From the IMG/VR virus record IMGVR_UViG_3300042893_000829: a stretch of DNA of 64,000 bases; one strand, given 5' to 3'. The notes beneath the pieces were generated by a model that was not told the DNA's origin, did not search any database, and saw nothing but the letters and a program-made list of their open reading frames with translations. Position numbers and translations under genes: made by a program. Shown in pieces: positions 28,291 to 38,925 of the stretch; positions within the stretch are counted from its first letter, which is position 1, and every line of letters starts with the position of its first letter. The stretch is from an uncultured virus (IMG/VR IMGVR_UViG_3300042893_000829). Lineage: Duplodnaviria; Heunggongvirae; Uroviricota; Caudoviricetes.

Positions 28291-29445
28291 ATGATTGAGT
28301 TTGAAAAAGAATATTTTAATAAACCATATTATTTCTTTTTAAAGGATAGGGGGAATAAAATATCTTTGCATTATTCTGTATCTGAAAATTTAAATGAGGC
28401 AAAGAAAGAAGATAACAAAATGGACTTCCCTAAAAAAGAAGAAAAAAATGTTAAAAATTTTATTTCAAAAACCCTTAAAGATAGTAGAAAAATAAGTTTA
28501 GATTCTATAACTAAAAATTTAAAAAAATTAGTTTCCTCAACTAAAGATGAGGTGGTTGAAACAAAATTATTAGGGAAGATACTTTCAAAATCAATAACCT
28601 CATTTGTTAAAGGGGGTGATTTTAAATTAGATAAAGAGGACGTTGATTTTATTAAATCACAATCAAAAGATATTTTAAAATTAATACCAATTATTGTTTT
28701 TCAATTGGTTCCAGGATCAACAATTGCAACTCCATTTATAATTTCATTAGCGGATAAAGCGGGTATTAGATTAAATAGTAAAATACCTGAAAAATATAAA
28801 AAGAAAGAAAAAGAAGGTGGTGAATTAGATGAATTTGTTGATGCGGATGGAAGTTTTTCTTCTTCAAACATACCAATTTTAGATATGGGACAACACACTC
28901 AATGGACACAAGACCAGAGAGCCGCATTAATTAGAAACGCTACCGGTATGTTCCCTCAAAGAGCTAGAATATTTTATGGGGAATCAAAAGAAAATAAAAC
29001 ACCATTAGAGGAAGAAAATTACTCCGACACTTATGGGTATGCGGAAATGGAAAATGTAAACTCATTTAATGAATGTTTAGAGGTTTTTGAAGAGTTGGGG
29101 GTAAAAGATCCGTTTGAAAGATATGAAAGATGTATGAGTTTTGGTTACGACCCTGAACTTGATGTAGAACTTAAACAAGAAAAAAAACATGGTGAGTGTG
29201 AGGATTGTGATGTTAAAATGAGAATCAACGAACTTAGAAAAGATAAGATGAAAAAAATGATTGATGAAATCTTATTGGATAAAAAGAAAAAATCTGAGGA
29301 TGTTGTAAAAAAAGATTCTGATGAAGACGATGAATCCCCAATAAGTAAAATACTTTTAAGAAATATAGAATCAATTAAGAAAATTGCAGAAAAAGAAGGT
29401 ATTGATTTAAATAAATTAATAAAACATTTAAAAGAAGGTGAATAA
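28291..29445 (+). CDS. Hypothetical protein (possible internal head protein)
   Basis: 384-aa charged ORF with LNE/LEE motifs and an upstream GTATTTATA motif. Confidence 0.6.
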   Translation: MIEFEKEYFNKPYYFFLKDRGNKISLHYSVSENLNEAKKEDNKMDFPKKEEKNVKNFISKTLKDSRKISLDSITKNLKKLVSSTKDEVVETKLLGKILSKSITSFVKGGDFKLDKEDVDFIKSQSKDILKLIPIIVFQLVPGSTIATPFIISLADKAGIRLNSKIPEKYKKKEKEGGELDEFVDADGSFSSSNIPILDMGQHTQWTQDQRAALIRNATGMFPQRARIFYGESKENKTPLEEENYSDTYGYAEMENVNSFNECLEVFEELGVKDPFERYERCMSFGYDPELDVELKQEKKHGECEDCDVKMRINELRKDKMKKMIDEILLDKKKKSEDVVKKDSDEDDESPISKILLRNIESIKKIAEKEGIDLNKLIKHLKEGE

Positions 29446-29908
29446 AGATTTATATGGACAAGTTATTTATCTACCAAAGGAGATAGTTGAATACTTAGGG
29501 ATTTGTTTTAACCACTTACCTAATTCTGACACCTCGATTGAAGGACATAAAAGAAACCAAGAATTAAGAGATACTGGGTATGTTACTTACCAACAATTAG
29601 GGAGGATTAAAAATTGGTTTGATAATTATTCTGGGGACGGAAAAGACGCTCCATATATTTTAAATGGTGCGGATTATATGAAAAGTTGGACCGATAGGAC
29701 CTTAGAGAGTATGAGAAATGGGGATTCGTTCACAAAAAGGATTGAAACTGAACATATGCCAGAACCAATTGATGGTAAAGTATATGACGATATGGGTTGG
29801 TTAGCAGATATGAATAGACCATCTAAAGAACATAGTAAGTTTACGGATGATATAAAAATCACTGAAAACCTTAAAAAAATAAACAAAATAATGCAAAAAC
29901 TACTTTAA
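29438..29908 (+). CDS. Hypothetical protein
   Basis: 156-aa ORF with a GTG start overlapping the previous stop. Confidence 0.6.
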   Translation: MNKDLYGQVIYLPKEIVEYLGICFNHLPNSDTSIEGHKRNQELRDTGYVTYQQLGRIKNWFDNYSGDGKDAPYILNGADYMKSWTDRTLESMRNGDSFTKRIETEHMPEPIDGKVYDDMGWLADMNRPSKEHSKFTDDIKITENLKKINKIMQKLL

Positions 29909-29909
29909 A

Positions 29910-30197
29910 ATGGCAACTAGTGAAAGATTAGATTTTAGTCAACCAATGAATGATTTAGGTCAAATTGGTGAAGAGCAAAGAAAAAAATTATTTCCAAAGA
30001 ATGATTATAAAGAACAAAATAAATATTCAGCAACAAATCCTGACGCTCTTGGTGATGGTGATGAGTTTGGTAAAGGTACCGGTATTTTCTTAGATACCGC
30101 GAATGGAGGTTCTTCTGTTGATACATTAGAAAGAATTAATGAAATTAAAATTAACGAATATCAAATAGACAAACCTTATACCACTCCATCGGCATAA
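29910..30197 (+). CDS. Hypothetical protein
   Basis: 95-aa ORF in operon spacing. Confidence 0.6.
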   Translation: MATSERLDFSQPMNDLGQIGEEQRKKLFPKNDYKEQNKYSATNPDALGDGDEFGKGTGIFLDTANGGSSVDTLERINEIKINEYQIDKPYTTPSA

Positions 30198-30577
30198 TGA
30201 AACTTTACAATAACTATAATAAACTTATTCTTGAAATAGCTTCAATAAATAATATTGTAGACGCTATTAAGAAAAGGCAGCGTGTTATTGTTTATTATGA
30301 AGGAGATGAACCAGGGGGAAAAGGATTAAGAATTGTTGAGCCGGTTTGTTTTGGTTATAGTAAAGCAGGTAATCCAGTTTTACGGGCGTGGGATTTAGAA
30401 GGGGCTTCTCACAGGGCTTATCTTGGTAAAAAACCTCTACCTAGTTGGAGATTATTTAGAGTAGACAAGGTAATTACTTTTAAACCAACAACCGAGACAT
30501 TTAATGAGGCAAGACCAAATTATAATCCGTCTGGTGATAAAAGTATGACTAAAGTCATTATAAACGCAGTATTTTAA
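30197..30577 (+). CDS. Stand-alone WYL-domain protein
   Basis: VIVYY...RIVEPVCFG...LRAW...WRLFRVDKV pattern typical of WYL domains. No HTH is present. Confidence 0.75.
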   Translation: MKLYNNYNKLILEIASINNIVDAIKKRQRVIVYYEGDEPGGKGLRIVEPVCFGYSKAGNPVLRAWDLEGASHRAYLGKKPLPSWRLFRVDKVITFKPTTETFNEARPNYNPSGDKSMTKVIINAVF

Positions 30578-30581
30578 TTAT

Positions 30582-31217
30582 ATGAATAACGAAGACCAAT
30601 TATTACAAAAATTAATGATATCCAAAAAAATTATGGAAAAACATAACGAAATGGGTAGAGGAAATGGAGGTTCTATGAATATGGACCGTCCTGTGGTTGA
30701 GGAGTATCGACCAGTTAACGCAAAATATAACGTTCCCCAAGAATATTTACAAGAATCGGAACAAACACAACAACCTTATTTATCTGAATTACCAAGAGAA
30801 AATACTAAACCTGTTGGATCTCCTACTACGGACGCAATTAAAAACTCTAGATTGCCGGATGAAATAAAAAGATTAATGATGGAACACCCAATACAACAAC
30901 CAACTATGGGAGTTAATACAAGTGCAACATTGTCTAATGATTTGATAGAAAGAGCGTCTAGATTAATGAATACAAAACCAAATGGTAGTTTAATAGAAAA
31001 TACTACGGTTAAAAAACAACAACCACAAAATTTATCACTTAATTCTATTAATGCTGATGATATTAAAAGTATTGTAAGAGAAACTGTTCAGGATGTGTTA
31101 AGAGAGAATGGTCTTTTAATTGAGTCAACATCAAACAGTAACGAACTTTTTAAATTTAAAGTAGGGCAACATTTGTTTGAGGGTAAATTAACAAGTGTTA
31201 AGAAAGTTGCTAAATAA
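30582..31217 (+). CDS. Hypothetical protein
   Basis: 211-aa ORF followed by a terminator. Confidence 0.65.
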   Translation: MNNEDQLLQKLMISKKIMEKHNEMGRGNGGSMNMDRPVVEEYRPVNAKYNVPQEYLQESEQTQQPYLSELPRENTKPVGSPTTDAIKNSRLPDEIKRLMMEHPIQQPTMGVNTSATLSNDLIERASRLMNTKPNGSLIENTTVKKQQPQNLSLNSINADDIKSIVRETVQDVLRENGLLIESTSNSNELFKFKVGQHLFEGKLTSVKKVAK

Positions 31218-31236
31218 ATTTACTTAAAATTAATTT

Positions 31237-31270
31237 ATCCCATTCTCTTTGAGTTTGGGATTTTTTTATT
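31237..31270 (+). terminator. Intrinsic terminator
   Basis: atccca-ttctctttgagtt-tgggat followed by a T-run. Confidence 0.7.
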
Positions 31271-31276
31271 TTATGG

Positions 31277-31308
31277 GTTGATATTTTTACAATATTTAAG
31301 TATCTTTT
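31277..31308 (+). promoter_or_regulatory. Possible Bacteroidota-type sigma70 promoter (imperfect)
   Basis: gTTG-N20-TATCTTTT just upstream of the ATG at 31315; the consensus is TTTG-N19-21-TAnnTTTG. Confidence 0.4.
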
Positions 31309-31314
31309 CCTTAT

Positions 31315-32529
31315 ATGGAAAAAATCAATGTACTAGTACTCCCTTCAGACCAATCAGGTGTTGGTAAATTTAGGTCAACTGACCCCCACATTAAATTACA
31401 GAATATGTATCCAGATGATTTCCATGTGGATATTGAGTATCAACCAAATGTAAACGACATTAATTTTTGGAAAAAATATCAAATTGTACATTTCCATAGA
31501 ACAATTGGGTCTGATTACGATAACACACCTATACTTATTAAGCAATTACAAGCTATGGGAATTGTTGTTGTTGGTGATATAGATGATTATTGGTTACCAA
31601 CAAAAGAACACCCGATTCACCAATTAATTATTCAAAATAAATTATACGAAAAAATTGTTGCAAATTTAAAAGTTGCCGATTATGTTATTACAACAACAGA
31701 AATTTTTGCCAATGAAATAAGAAAATTTAATAAAAATGTAATTGTTTTGCCAAATGCAATCGACCCGAATGATCCACAGTTTAATGAACCAACATTACCT
31801 TCAGAAAAAATTAGAGTTGGTTGGTTAGGTGGTTCATCACATTTACACGATTTAAAATTACTTGATGGAACAGTTTCAAAACTATCACAACAACAAGATA
31901 AGTTACAATTTTATCTTTGTGGGTTTGATATAAGAGGTACCGTTACCGAAATAAATCAACAAACAGGAGAAAAAACTCAAAGACCTATTAAACCTGAAGA
32001 AACCGTTTGGGTTAAATATGAACAAATATTTACTAATGATTACAAAATAATAACACCAACATATAAAGATTATCTTAATACTTTTGTTGAGAATGATTAC
32101 TCTGGTGTTGAAAATGAAAATTATGTTCGTGTTTGGACTCGTCCTGTAAGCTCATACGCAAAAAACTATTCCAAGTTTGATATATCACTAGCTCCTATTA
32201 AAAATCACATCTTTAATAGAATGAAATCACAATTAAAAGTTATTGAGGCTGGGTTCTATAAAAAAGCATTAATCGCTTCAAATGTTGGTCCATATACCAT
32301 TGATTTAAAACACGCACTAGATAAAGGTCAATTTACCGACGGTAACGCTTTATTAGTTAATGAAAATAACAACCATAGTGATTGGGCAAAAAATATTAAG
32401 AAATTGGTTGACAATCCAAATATGATTGTTGATCTTGGTGAGAGGTTGTATGAAACAGTAAGTGTTAAATATAATCTTAATTTTGTGACGGCCGAACGTG
32501 CATCTTTTTACAAATCTTTAATAAAATAA
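31315..32529 (+). CDS. GT-B (GT4-like) glycosyltransferase
   Basis: DIDDYW, VLPNAID, RVGWLGGSSHLHDL and DISLAPI...FNRMKSQLKVIEAG...IASNVGPY. Confidence 0.85.
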   Translation: MEKINVLVLPSDQSGVGKFRSTDPHIKLQNMYPDDFHVDIEYQPNVNDINFWKKYQIVHFHRTIGSDYDNTPILIKQLQAMGIVVVGDIDDYWLPTKEHPIHQLIIQNKLYEKIVANLKVADYVITTTEIFANEIRKFNKNVIVLPNAIDPNDPQFNEPTLPSEKIRVGWLGGSSHLHDLKLLDGTVSKLSQQQDKLQFYLCGFDIRGTVTEINQQTGEKTQRPIKPEETVWVKYEQIFTNDYKIITPTYKDYLNTFVENDYSGVENENYVRVWTRPVSSYAKNYSKFDISLAPIKNHIFNRMKSQLKVIEAGFYKKALIASNVGPYTIDLKHALDKGQFTDGNALLVNENNNHSDWAKNIKKLVDNPNMIVDLGERLYETVSVKYNLNFVTAERASFYKSLIK

Positions 32530-32532
32530 TTT

Positions 32533-33252
32533 ATGATTAATATACCTATAACAAAAATTTTGTTTCTTGATATAGAAACAGTTGGTGGATGTAAGGACTG
32601 GGAAAATTGTCAAGAAAATAATCCAGGAGTTGCAAGTCAATTTGAAAAATATTTTGATTGGTTCCTAAAAAGATTTCCTGAAGATAATTTAAACAACCAA
32701 GATGAAAATCAATTAAAAAATACGGTGTTTGTAAAAAGAGCCGCTTTAGTTCCAGAGTTTGCAAAAATTGTATGTGTTTCTATGGCGTTTGTTATGGATA
32801 ATGGTGACATTAAAAAACAAACTTTTTCTGGTGATGATGAAAAAAAACTTTTAAGTGATGTAAGAAATCTTTTAGATAGATGTCACAAGTTGGATTTTTA
32901 TCTTTGTGGTCACAACCTTAAAAACTTTGACATACCTATGTTGGCAAAACGAATGATTATAAATGGAATTATGCCTTCAAAGATTCTACCTTCTTACGAT
33001 ACAAAACCTTGGGAAGTAAAGGCGATTGATACTAAAGAAATATGGCAATACGGATCATATACCTCAATTGGTTCTTTAGATCTTATGTGTACTTGTCTTG
33101 ACATACCAACACCAAAAGACGGTGAAGTAACCGGAGATAAAGTACATCATGCATACTGGAATGAAAATAAATTAGAGGCAATCTCAGAATATTGTGAGAA
33201 AGATGTTAATGTTTTGATTGACACTATAAAAAAATTAAAAGAATTAAAATAA
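32533..33252 (+). CDS. DnaQ/PolB-like 3'-5' exonuclease
   Basis: ExoI FLDIETV, ExoII GHNLKNFDIP and ExoIII YCEKDV. Confidence 0.9.
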   Translation: MINIPITKILFLDIETVGGCKDWENCQENNPGVASQFEKYFDWFLKRFPEDNLNNQDENQLKNTVFVKRAALVPEFAKIVCVSMAFVMDNGDIKKQTFSGDDEKKLLSDVRNLLDRCHKLDFYLCGHNLKNFDIPMLAKRMIINGIMPSKILPSYDTKPWEVKAIDTKEIWQYGSYTSIGSLDLMCTCLDIPTPKDGEVTGDKVHHAYWNENKLEAISEYCEKDVNVLIDTIKKLKELK

Positions 33253-33809
33253 TGGGAATAGAAGATTTGTTTGAAGATTCAATAGAGGACACTGACTACA
33301 ATCAAATAATTGAGGAGTATGGTCTTGATGTTAAACAACTTGAGAAGGATATGGGAATTTATCAACCTACAATGGATTTAAGGTTCTCCTTCTCAAATGA
33401 AGGATCAATTACACCTAAATACGCATACCCTACAGATTCAGGTATGGATTTATATTCAACTGAAGATATTGATGTAGACCCTTTTGGTAGAGTTTTAGTT
33501 CCAACTGGAGTTCATTTTGATATTCCAGAAAATTACGAAATACAAGTAAGAACTAAAAGTGGTTTAGCTCTTAACCAGGGATTAATGGTTTTAAATAGTC
33601 CTGGCACTGTAGATCAAGGTTATACGGGAGAAATTAAAGTTATTTTGATGAATATGAATAACGAAGTAATCACCGTAAATAAAGGACAAAAAATTGCACA
33701 AGCGGTTCTATGTCCAGTGGTTTCAGGTAAATGGGTTAAATTAATTGAGGTTAAAAAATTAGAAAATAAAGAAAGAAGCGATAACGGCTTCGGATCAACA
33801 GGAATTTAA
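33252..33809 (+). CDS. dut: dUTP diphosphatase (trimeric)
   Basis: SGMDL, KSGLA, GTVDQGYTGEI, KIAQ and RSDNGFGSTG motifs. Confidence 0.95.
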   Translation: MGIEDLFEDSIEDTDYNQIIEEYGLDVKQLEKDMGIYQPTMDLRFSFSNEGSITPKYAYPTDSGMDLYSTEDIDVDPFGRVLVPTGVHFDIPENYEIQVRTKSGLALNQGLMVLNSPGTVDQGYTGEIKVILMNMNNEVITVNKGQKIAQAVLCPVVSGKWVKLIEVKKLENKERSDNGFGSTGI

Positions 33810-33812
33810 ATC

Positions 33813-34526
33813 ATGAGAGTTGCGTTAGTTTGCATTGCAAAAAATGAAGAATTATATATCCAAGAGTGGATTGATTATAATAAAAAATTAGGGTTTGATG
33901 ATATAATCATTTACCAAAATGACTGGAGATGGTCAGGTGAGAACGATAACGTTCATAAAATAGATTTTGATGGGTTAAATAAACAAAGAGACGCATATAA
34001 TCACTTTATTAAACATAATGTTAATAATTTTGATTGGGTTGCATTTTTTGATGTTGATGAGTTTTTAGTTTTAAAAAAACATGATAATATCAAATCTTTT
34101 CTTTCCGACTATGAGGAATTTCCGGCCGTAGGAATAAATTGGGTGTTATTTGGTGATAATGGACATAAAACCGTTAACGGTGATTATAACGTAGTAAAAA
34201 GATTTACTAAAAGACAGAAAGATGTGAATTTACACGTTAAATGTATTGTAAAATTAACACCAACAACACATATGAGTGTTCATAACCCGAGTTCTGTTTG
34301 GGTTGACACCCATAAACGACAAAATACAGGTCCATTTACTCAAATACACACTGACGATATTGCGCAGATAAACCACTATTTTTGTAAAACACAAGAGGAA
34401 TTCCAATTAAAATGTGACAGAGGTAGGGCAGATATGTTTAATACTAAACGAAACATAGGTGAGTTTGAACCTCACAACACTAACGACACGGAAGACTTAA
34501 CCGCATATAATTTCTTTTACAAATGA
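33813..34526 (+). CDS. GT-A glycosyltransferase (GT92/GT2-like)
   Basis: CIAKNEELYIQEWIDY, WVAFFDVDEFL, INWVLFG and INHYFCKT. Confidence 0.85.
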   Translation: MRVALVCIAKNEELYIQEWIDYNKKLGFDDIIIYQNDWRWSGENDNVHKIDFDGLNKQRDAYNHFIKHNVNNFDWVAFFDVDEFLVLKKHDNIKSFLSDYEEFPAVGINWVLFGDNGHKTVNGDYNVVKRFTKRQKDVNLHVKCIVKLTPTTHMSVHNPSSVWVDTHKRQNTGPFTQIHTDDIAQINHYFCKTQEEFQLKCDRGRADMFNTKRNIGEFEPHNTNDTEDLTAYNFFYK

Positions 34527-36034
34527 TAACAATAGTTTACTCAACACATAAGGATTCAAACCACAATAGTAAATTTCAAAAACATCTAAGGGATACTGTT
34601 GGGTTAAAGGACGTTCAAATTTTAGAATTTGAGAATCATAATCAATTCTCATTATCTCAAGTTTATAACAGTGGTATTACAGAATCAATATATGATATTG
34701 TAGTTTGTTGTCATAACGACATTAAACTTGAGAAAGGTTGGGGTAAAAAATTACTAAGGGATTTTGAAGATAACTCCGACTACGGTATTATTGGTAAGGC
34801 CGGTTCTTGTTATTTTCCTGAGTCAGGAGTTTACTGGGAAAGATTAAAACAAACTATGGTTGGTCAAGTTTATCATCACCCTAAAGGTCATAACAAATGG
34901 TTAAGTAAATATTCCTCTAAATTGCCATTTTTAATTCCAGTTGTAACAATTGATGGTCTTTTTATTTCGTTTAATAAAACAAAAATAAAACACACCTTTG
35001 ACGAGTCAATTGGTAAATTTCACTTTTATGACCATTTATTTTGTATTCCAAATTATATAGATGGAGTAAAAATTGGAGTGACTTCGTCTTTTGAAATCAC
35101 TCACGAATCTGTTGGCCAACCAAATCAAGAGTTCTGGGAAAGTAAGGAAAAATTTGTTGAGAAGTGGGGTAATAATTTACCTTTAGATTTAAAACCTGAG
35201 ATTCCATACGTACCAACAATTAAAATAAAACAATTAAAAAATGTTGGTAAGATTGCGATAATAATACCAACAAAAGGTAACACACAAATGTTATTTGATT
35301 GTGTTAATTCATTTTACCAACAATGTGATTCAAAATTATTTGATGTTTTTATTGCGGATACCGGGTCAACAAACGAAGAAAAAGAATGGGTAAAAGAAAA
35401 AATACTCCCAATGGGGAATATAAAATTAATTGAATATGATTATTATAATTTTGCAAAAATAAATAATGATGTTGTTAAAAACCATATTGGTAAAGAATAT
35501 GAATTTTTACTTTTTTGTAATAATGATATTAAAATATTAAATAATGTTATTTATGGAATGTTAAAGGTTTTTAAAACATACCCTAAAACTGGAACTGTGG
35601 GGGCTAGGCTTCATTTTGAGGATGGCACAATCCAACATAATGGAATAATAGCCTTTTTTGACTCAAACAAAATTGTACAATTATCTCACATTGGCCTAAG
35701 AAATTATTACAATTATTCCACAGGAGTTAATCCGGTTATTGGTAATACTGCGGCATTAATGATGATAAGAAAAAGTTTATTTGAATCTTGTGGATTTTTT
35801 AATGAGGGTTACCAAACGTGTTTTGAAGACGTGGAATTAAATGCAAAATGTATCATAAAGGGTTATATTAATTATTGTGATAGTTCTTCAGTTTCTTATC
35901 ATTTAGAAAGTGAAACAAGAAAAAAAGATACAGAAAAAAACGAAAAAGAAAGAAATGATTATGCGGAATTACTTTATCCATTTATGCTTAATCACGTTAA
36001 AGAATTAAAAAATTTCTTTTATCAAAATAAATAA
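34523..36034 (+). CDS. Two-domain GT2-like glycosyltransferase
   Basis: N-terminal CHNDI...IDGLF...FHFYD domain, then a GT2 domain IIIPTK...FCNNDI...VGARL...FEDVEL...HLES. Confidence 0.85.
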   Translation: MITIVYSTHKDSNHNSKFQKHLRDTVGLKDVQILEFENHNQFSLSQVYNSGITESIYDIVVCCHNDIKLEKGWGKKLLRDFEDNSDYGIIGKAGSCYFPESGVYWERLKQTMVGQVYHHPKGHNKWLSKYSSKLPFLIPVVTIDGLFISFNKTKIKHTFDESIGKFHFYDHLFCIPNYIDGVKIGVTSSFEITHESVGQPNQEFWESKEKFVEKWGNNLPLDLKPEIPYVPTIKIKQLKNVGKIAIIIPTKGNTQMLFDCVNSFYQQCDSKLFDVFIADTGSTNEEKEWVKEKILPMGNIKLIEYDYYNFAKINNDVVKNHIGKEYEFLLFCNNDIKILNNVIYGMLKVFKTYPKTGTVGARLHFEDGTIQHNGIIAFFDSNKIVQLSHIGLRNYYNYSTGVNPVIGNTAALMMIRKSLFESCGFFNEGYQTCFEDVELNAKCIIKGYINYCDSSSVSYHLESETRKKDTEKNEKERNDYAELLYPFMLNHVKELKNFFYQNK

Positions 36035-36053
36035 ATAATATAAAAATAAAAGT

Positions 36054-36821
36054 ATGAAGTTAGGAATTAGTTATAATGTTTTTGATGGAGAAGAACTATT
36101 AGAAGATTCAATAAAACAAATAAGAAGTGAGGTTGATTACATAAGTGTGGTATATCAAACAACCTCAAATTTGGGTAATGGATGTGATGAAAATTTAGAA
36201 CCTCTTTTAAATAGATTAGTTTCAGAAAAACTTATAGACCATTTAGATAAATATTCACCTTTTGGTATGAACCCTCACCATTGTGAAATAACAAAAAGAA
36301 ATATAGGACTTGAGTTGTCAAAAAAGAATGGATGCACACATCATATGTCAATGGACACTGACGAATATTACGATATAAATGAATTTATAAAAATTAAAAA
36401 CATAATACAAAAGAATGATTACGATTCTTCGTATTGTCAAATGAAGACTTATTATAAAACTTGGGAATACCAATTAGATCCACCTGAAGAATATTATGTA
36501 TCTTTAATTTTTAAGATAAAAGAAAAATCTAATTACGTTTTTGGATATAGCTCACCTGTGTTAGTAGATCCTACAAGGAGAATGTCTGATATTACCAACC
36601 CAGTTGTTTTTAGTAGGGACCAAATTGAAATGCATCACGGATCCTACATTAGGAACGACATAAAAAGAAAATTATTAAACAGTTCCGCTTTCGTTAATTT
36701 CAAAGACGAGGTAAGTAAAATTGTTAATCATTATAACATTTGGAAGTTCCCAAATAAAGTTTTGTGGGGAGGTAAACCAAGTAAGTTATTAAATGTCATA
36801 AAAGTAAAAAATAAATTTTAG
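36054..36821 (+). CDS. Putative GT-A-fold glycosyltransferase
   Basis: KRNIGL...HMSMDTDEYY (DxD) within the glycosylation cluster. Confidence 0.55.
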   Translation: MKLGISYNVFDGEELLEDSIKQIRSEVDYISVVYQTTSNLGNGCDENLEPLLNRLVSEKLIDHLDKYSPFGMNPHHCEITKRNIGLELSKKNGCTHHMSMDTDEYYDINEFIKIKNIIQKNDYDSSYCQMKTYYKTWEYQLDPPEEYYVSLIFKIKEKSNYVFGYSSPVLVDPTRRMSDITNPVVFSRDQIEMHHGSYIRNDIKRKLLNSSAFVNFKDEVSKIVNHYNIWKFPNKVLWGGKPSKLLNVIKVKNKF

Positions 36822-36822
36822 T

Positions 36823-37437
36823 ATGGAAAATTATTGGGAAGAAAGTTTAAGTTTTAAAATACAACAAAAAAAGAATGAATGGATTTCTTTTATTAAAGAA
36901 ATATCCAAAAATGGTAAACTAAAAAATTGTTTAGAGATAGGTTGTTATGATGGGGGTACAACTGTATTTTTATCTAATTTTTTTGAAAACCTTATAACCA
37001 TAGATCAACAAATACAACCTAGATTTGATGAATTTAAATACACACATAATAACTCTAATTTATTTGGTTCCGAATATATAAAAACAAAATGCAATTTTAA
37101 CTATATTTCAGGAAGTAGTCACGATAAAAATACCTATGATAAAGTAAAAAACACACTTAATGGTAATAAATTAGATTTACTTTTTATTGATGGAGACCAT
37201 TCATATAACGGAGTTAAGTTAGACTTCAATATGTATTATGATTTTGTCAAAGATGGTGGTATAATTGCTTTTCACGATATTCATAGGAGTAATTTTCACG
37301 AAAATCACGGATGTTACGTTCACGATTTTTGGGATGAATTGATTGAAGATGGTAAAAATAACATTGTTTTCTTTGACTCGGATGCAAGTGATTTGTGGGG
37401 TGGTATTGGTTTAATTTACAAAACAAAAAATATTTAA
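36823..37437 (+). CDS. Class I SAM-dependent methyltransferase (Methyltransf_24-like)
   Basis: LEIGCYDGGT, LLFIDGDHSY and GGIIAFHD. Confidence 0.9.
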   Translation: MENYWEESLSFKIQQKKNEWISFIKEISKNGKLKNCLEIGCYDGGTTVFLSNFFENLITIDQQIQPRFDEFKYTHNNSNLFGSEYIKTKCNFNYISGSSHDKNTYDKVKNTLNGNKLDLLFIDGDHSYNGVKLDFNMYYDFVKDGGIIAFHDIHRSNFHENHGCYVHDFWDELIEDGKNNIVFFDSDASDLWGGIGLIYKTKNI

Positions 37438-37439
37438 AT

Positions 37440-38234
37440 ATGATTTACGATGGTTTAGTTTTTTATTCTTCCTTTTTTCCTGATGAAAAAAATATTTTCA
37501 GAGGTGAAAAATTTTTAACCACTATGGTAGAAAAATTTAAAAACCATTTAATATTTGTTGGTATTCAAACCGATACGATAAATACTTGGTTAGAAATATT
37601 AGAAAAATATAAAAATAGTGGTTTGAATATTATATACGAAAGGTGTAATCCTGAACTATACGTAAATTCAGATGTTGCGGGATATCAAAAGGCGTTAGAA
37701 TTATTTTACTTAAATAAAGAAAATATAAAAGTAAAAGACAATAGTCTTGCGTGGTTTGGACACAGTAAAGGTGTTACAACTAATGAAATGTCTTGTCATA
37801 ACTGGATGTTTGAGAATTTTTGGGGTAAACCAGAATTAATTATGGAAAAACTTTTTAGTAATAATTCTTATGGTTGTTATGGAACACATTTAAGTTTTTT
37901 ACCAATATACGACACTAAAAAAATAAAAGACATTTGGACATCTTATTGTGATTTTACTTTTATAAAAAAACCTATAAAATTTATGTATGTTAATACATTT
38001 TTTGTTATTAAAAGTGAAATTTTTTTAAAAATGATTAATAATTTAAGTAAAAAATTTTTATACAAAAAAATTAATGGTGTTCACGGTGGTGAGGGTGATA
38101 GATATTTTTTTGAAAGAGATTTTATACATTTTGTTGATATGATGGGTTATGAACCAATATTTGAGACTTACGGACCAAATGTTACTTGGGGGGAAGTTAA
38201 TCCAGATGAATACTATAAACATTTAAATGAATGA
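37440..38234 (+). CDS. Hypothetical protein (glycosyltransferase-associated; HSKG motif)
   Basis: Probable ATG at 37440 (MIYDGLV); contains WFGHSKGVT and RYFFER. Confidence 0.55.
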   Translation: MIYDGLVFYSSFFPDEKNIFRGEKFLTTMVEKFKNHLIFVGIQTDTINTWLEILEKYKNSGLNIIYERCNPELYVNSDVAGYQKALELFYLNKENIKVKDNSLAWFGHSKGVTTNEMSCHNWMFENFWGKPELIMEKLFSNNSYGCYGTHLSFLPIYDTKKIKDIWTSYCDFTFIKKPIKFMYVNTFFVIKSEIFLKMINNLSKKFLYKKINGVHGGEGDRYFFERDFIHFVDMMGYEPIFETYGPNVTWGEVNPDEYYKHLNE

Positions 38235-38913
38235 AAAAAAAATGAAATTACTAATTAAATTCCCAACAAGGGGTAGAAAAGAACTTTTTTTTAAAGTACT
38301 TGATAAATATTACGAATTATTAGACGATATTGATAATACAATATTTGTAATTACTTGTGATTTAGACGATAAAGAAATGAATGATGAATCTGTGATAAAA
38401 AAATTAGAAACTTATAAAAATTTATTTTTTTATTTTGGTAATTCTAAAACAAAAATAGAGGCGGTAAATTCAGATTTAGATAAACATAATGATTATGATA
38501 TTATTTTATTAGCTTCGGATGATATGATACCACAAGTTAAAGGTTACGATAGTATCATTAGAAATAATATGAATGAATTTTACCCGGATACTGATGGTGT
38601 TTTATGGTATTATGATGGATACAGAAGTGATTTAAATACTCTTAGTATTTTAGGTAAAACATATTATAAACGTTTTAATTATATTTACCATCCTAGTTAT
38701 GTTTCTTTTTATGCCGACAACGAATTTATGTTAGTCGCTAAAAGTTTAAACAAACAAACATATTTTAATAATTGTATAATTAAACATTTTCATCCAGATA
38801 TTACAAAAGATGTTCACAATGAATATGATGAAACTTACATAAAAAACAATGTAAGTGGTGATGAAAAAATTTACCAAAAAAGATTAATAAACAATTTTAA
38901 TAAACAATTTTAA
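38227..38913 (+). CDS. Putative GT-A glycosyltransferase
   Basis: KFPTRGR...SKTKIEAVN...ILLASDDMIP...YHPSY...ADNEF...IKHFH. Confidence 0.7.
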   Translation: MNEKKMKLLIKFPTRGRKELFFKVLDKYYELLDDIDNTIFVITCDLDDKEMNDESVIKKLETYKNLFFYFGNSKTKIEAVNSDLDKHNDYDIILLASDDMIPQVKGYDSIIRNNMNEFYPDTDGVLWYYDGYRSDLNTLSILGKTYYKRFNYIYHPSYVSFYADNEFMLVAKSLNKQTYFNNCIIKHFHPDITKDVHNEYDETYIKNNVSGDEKIYQKRLINNFNKQF

Positions 38914-38925
38914 TATTAAATAAAG

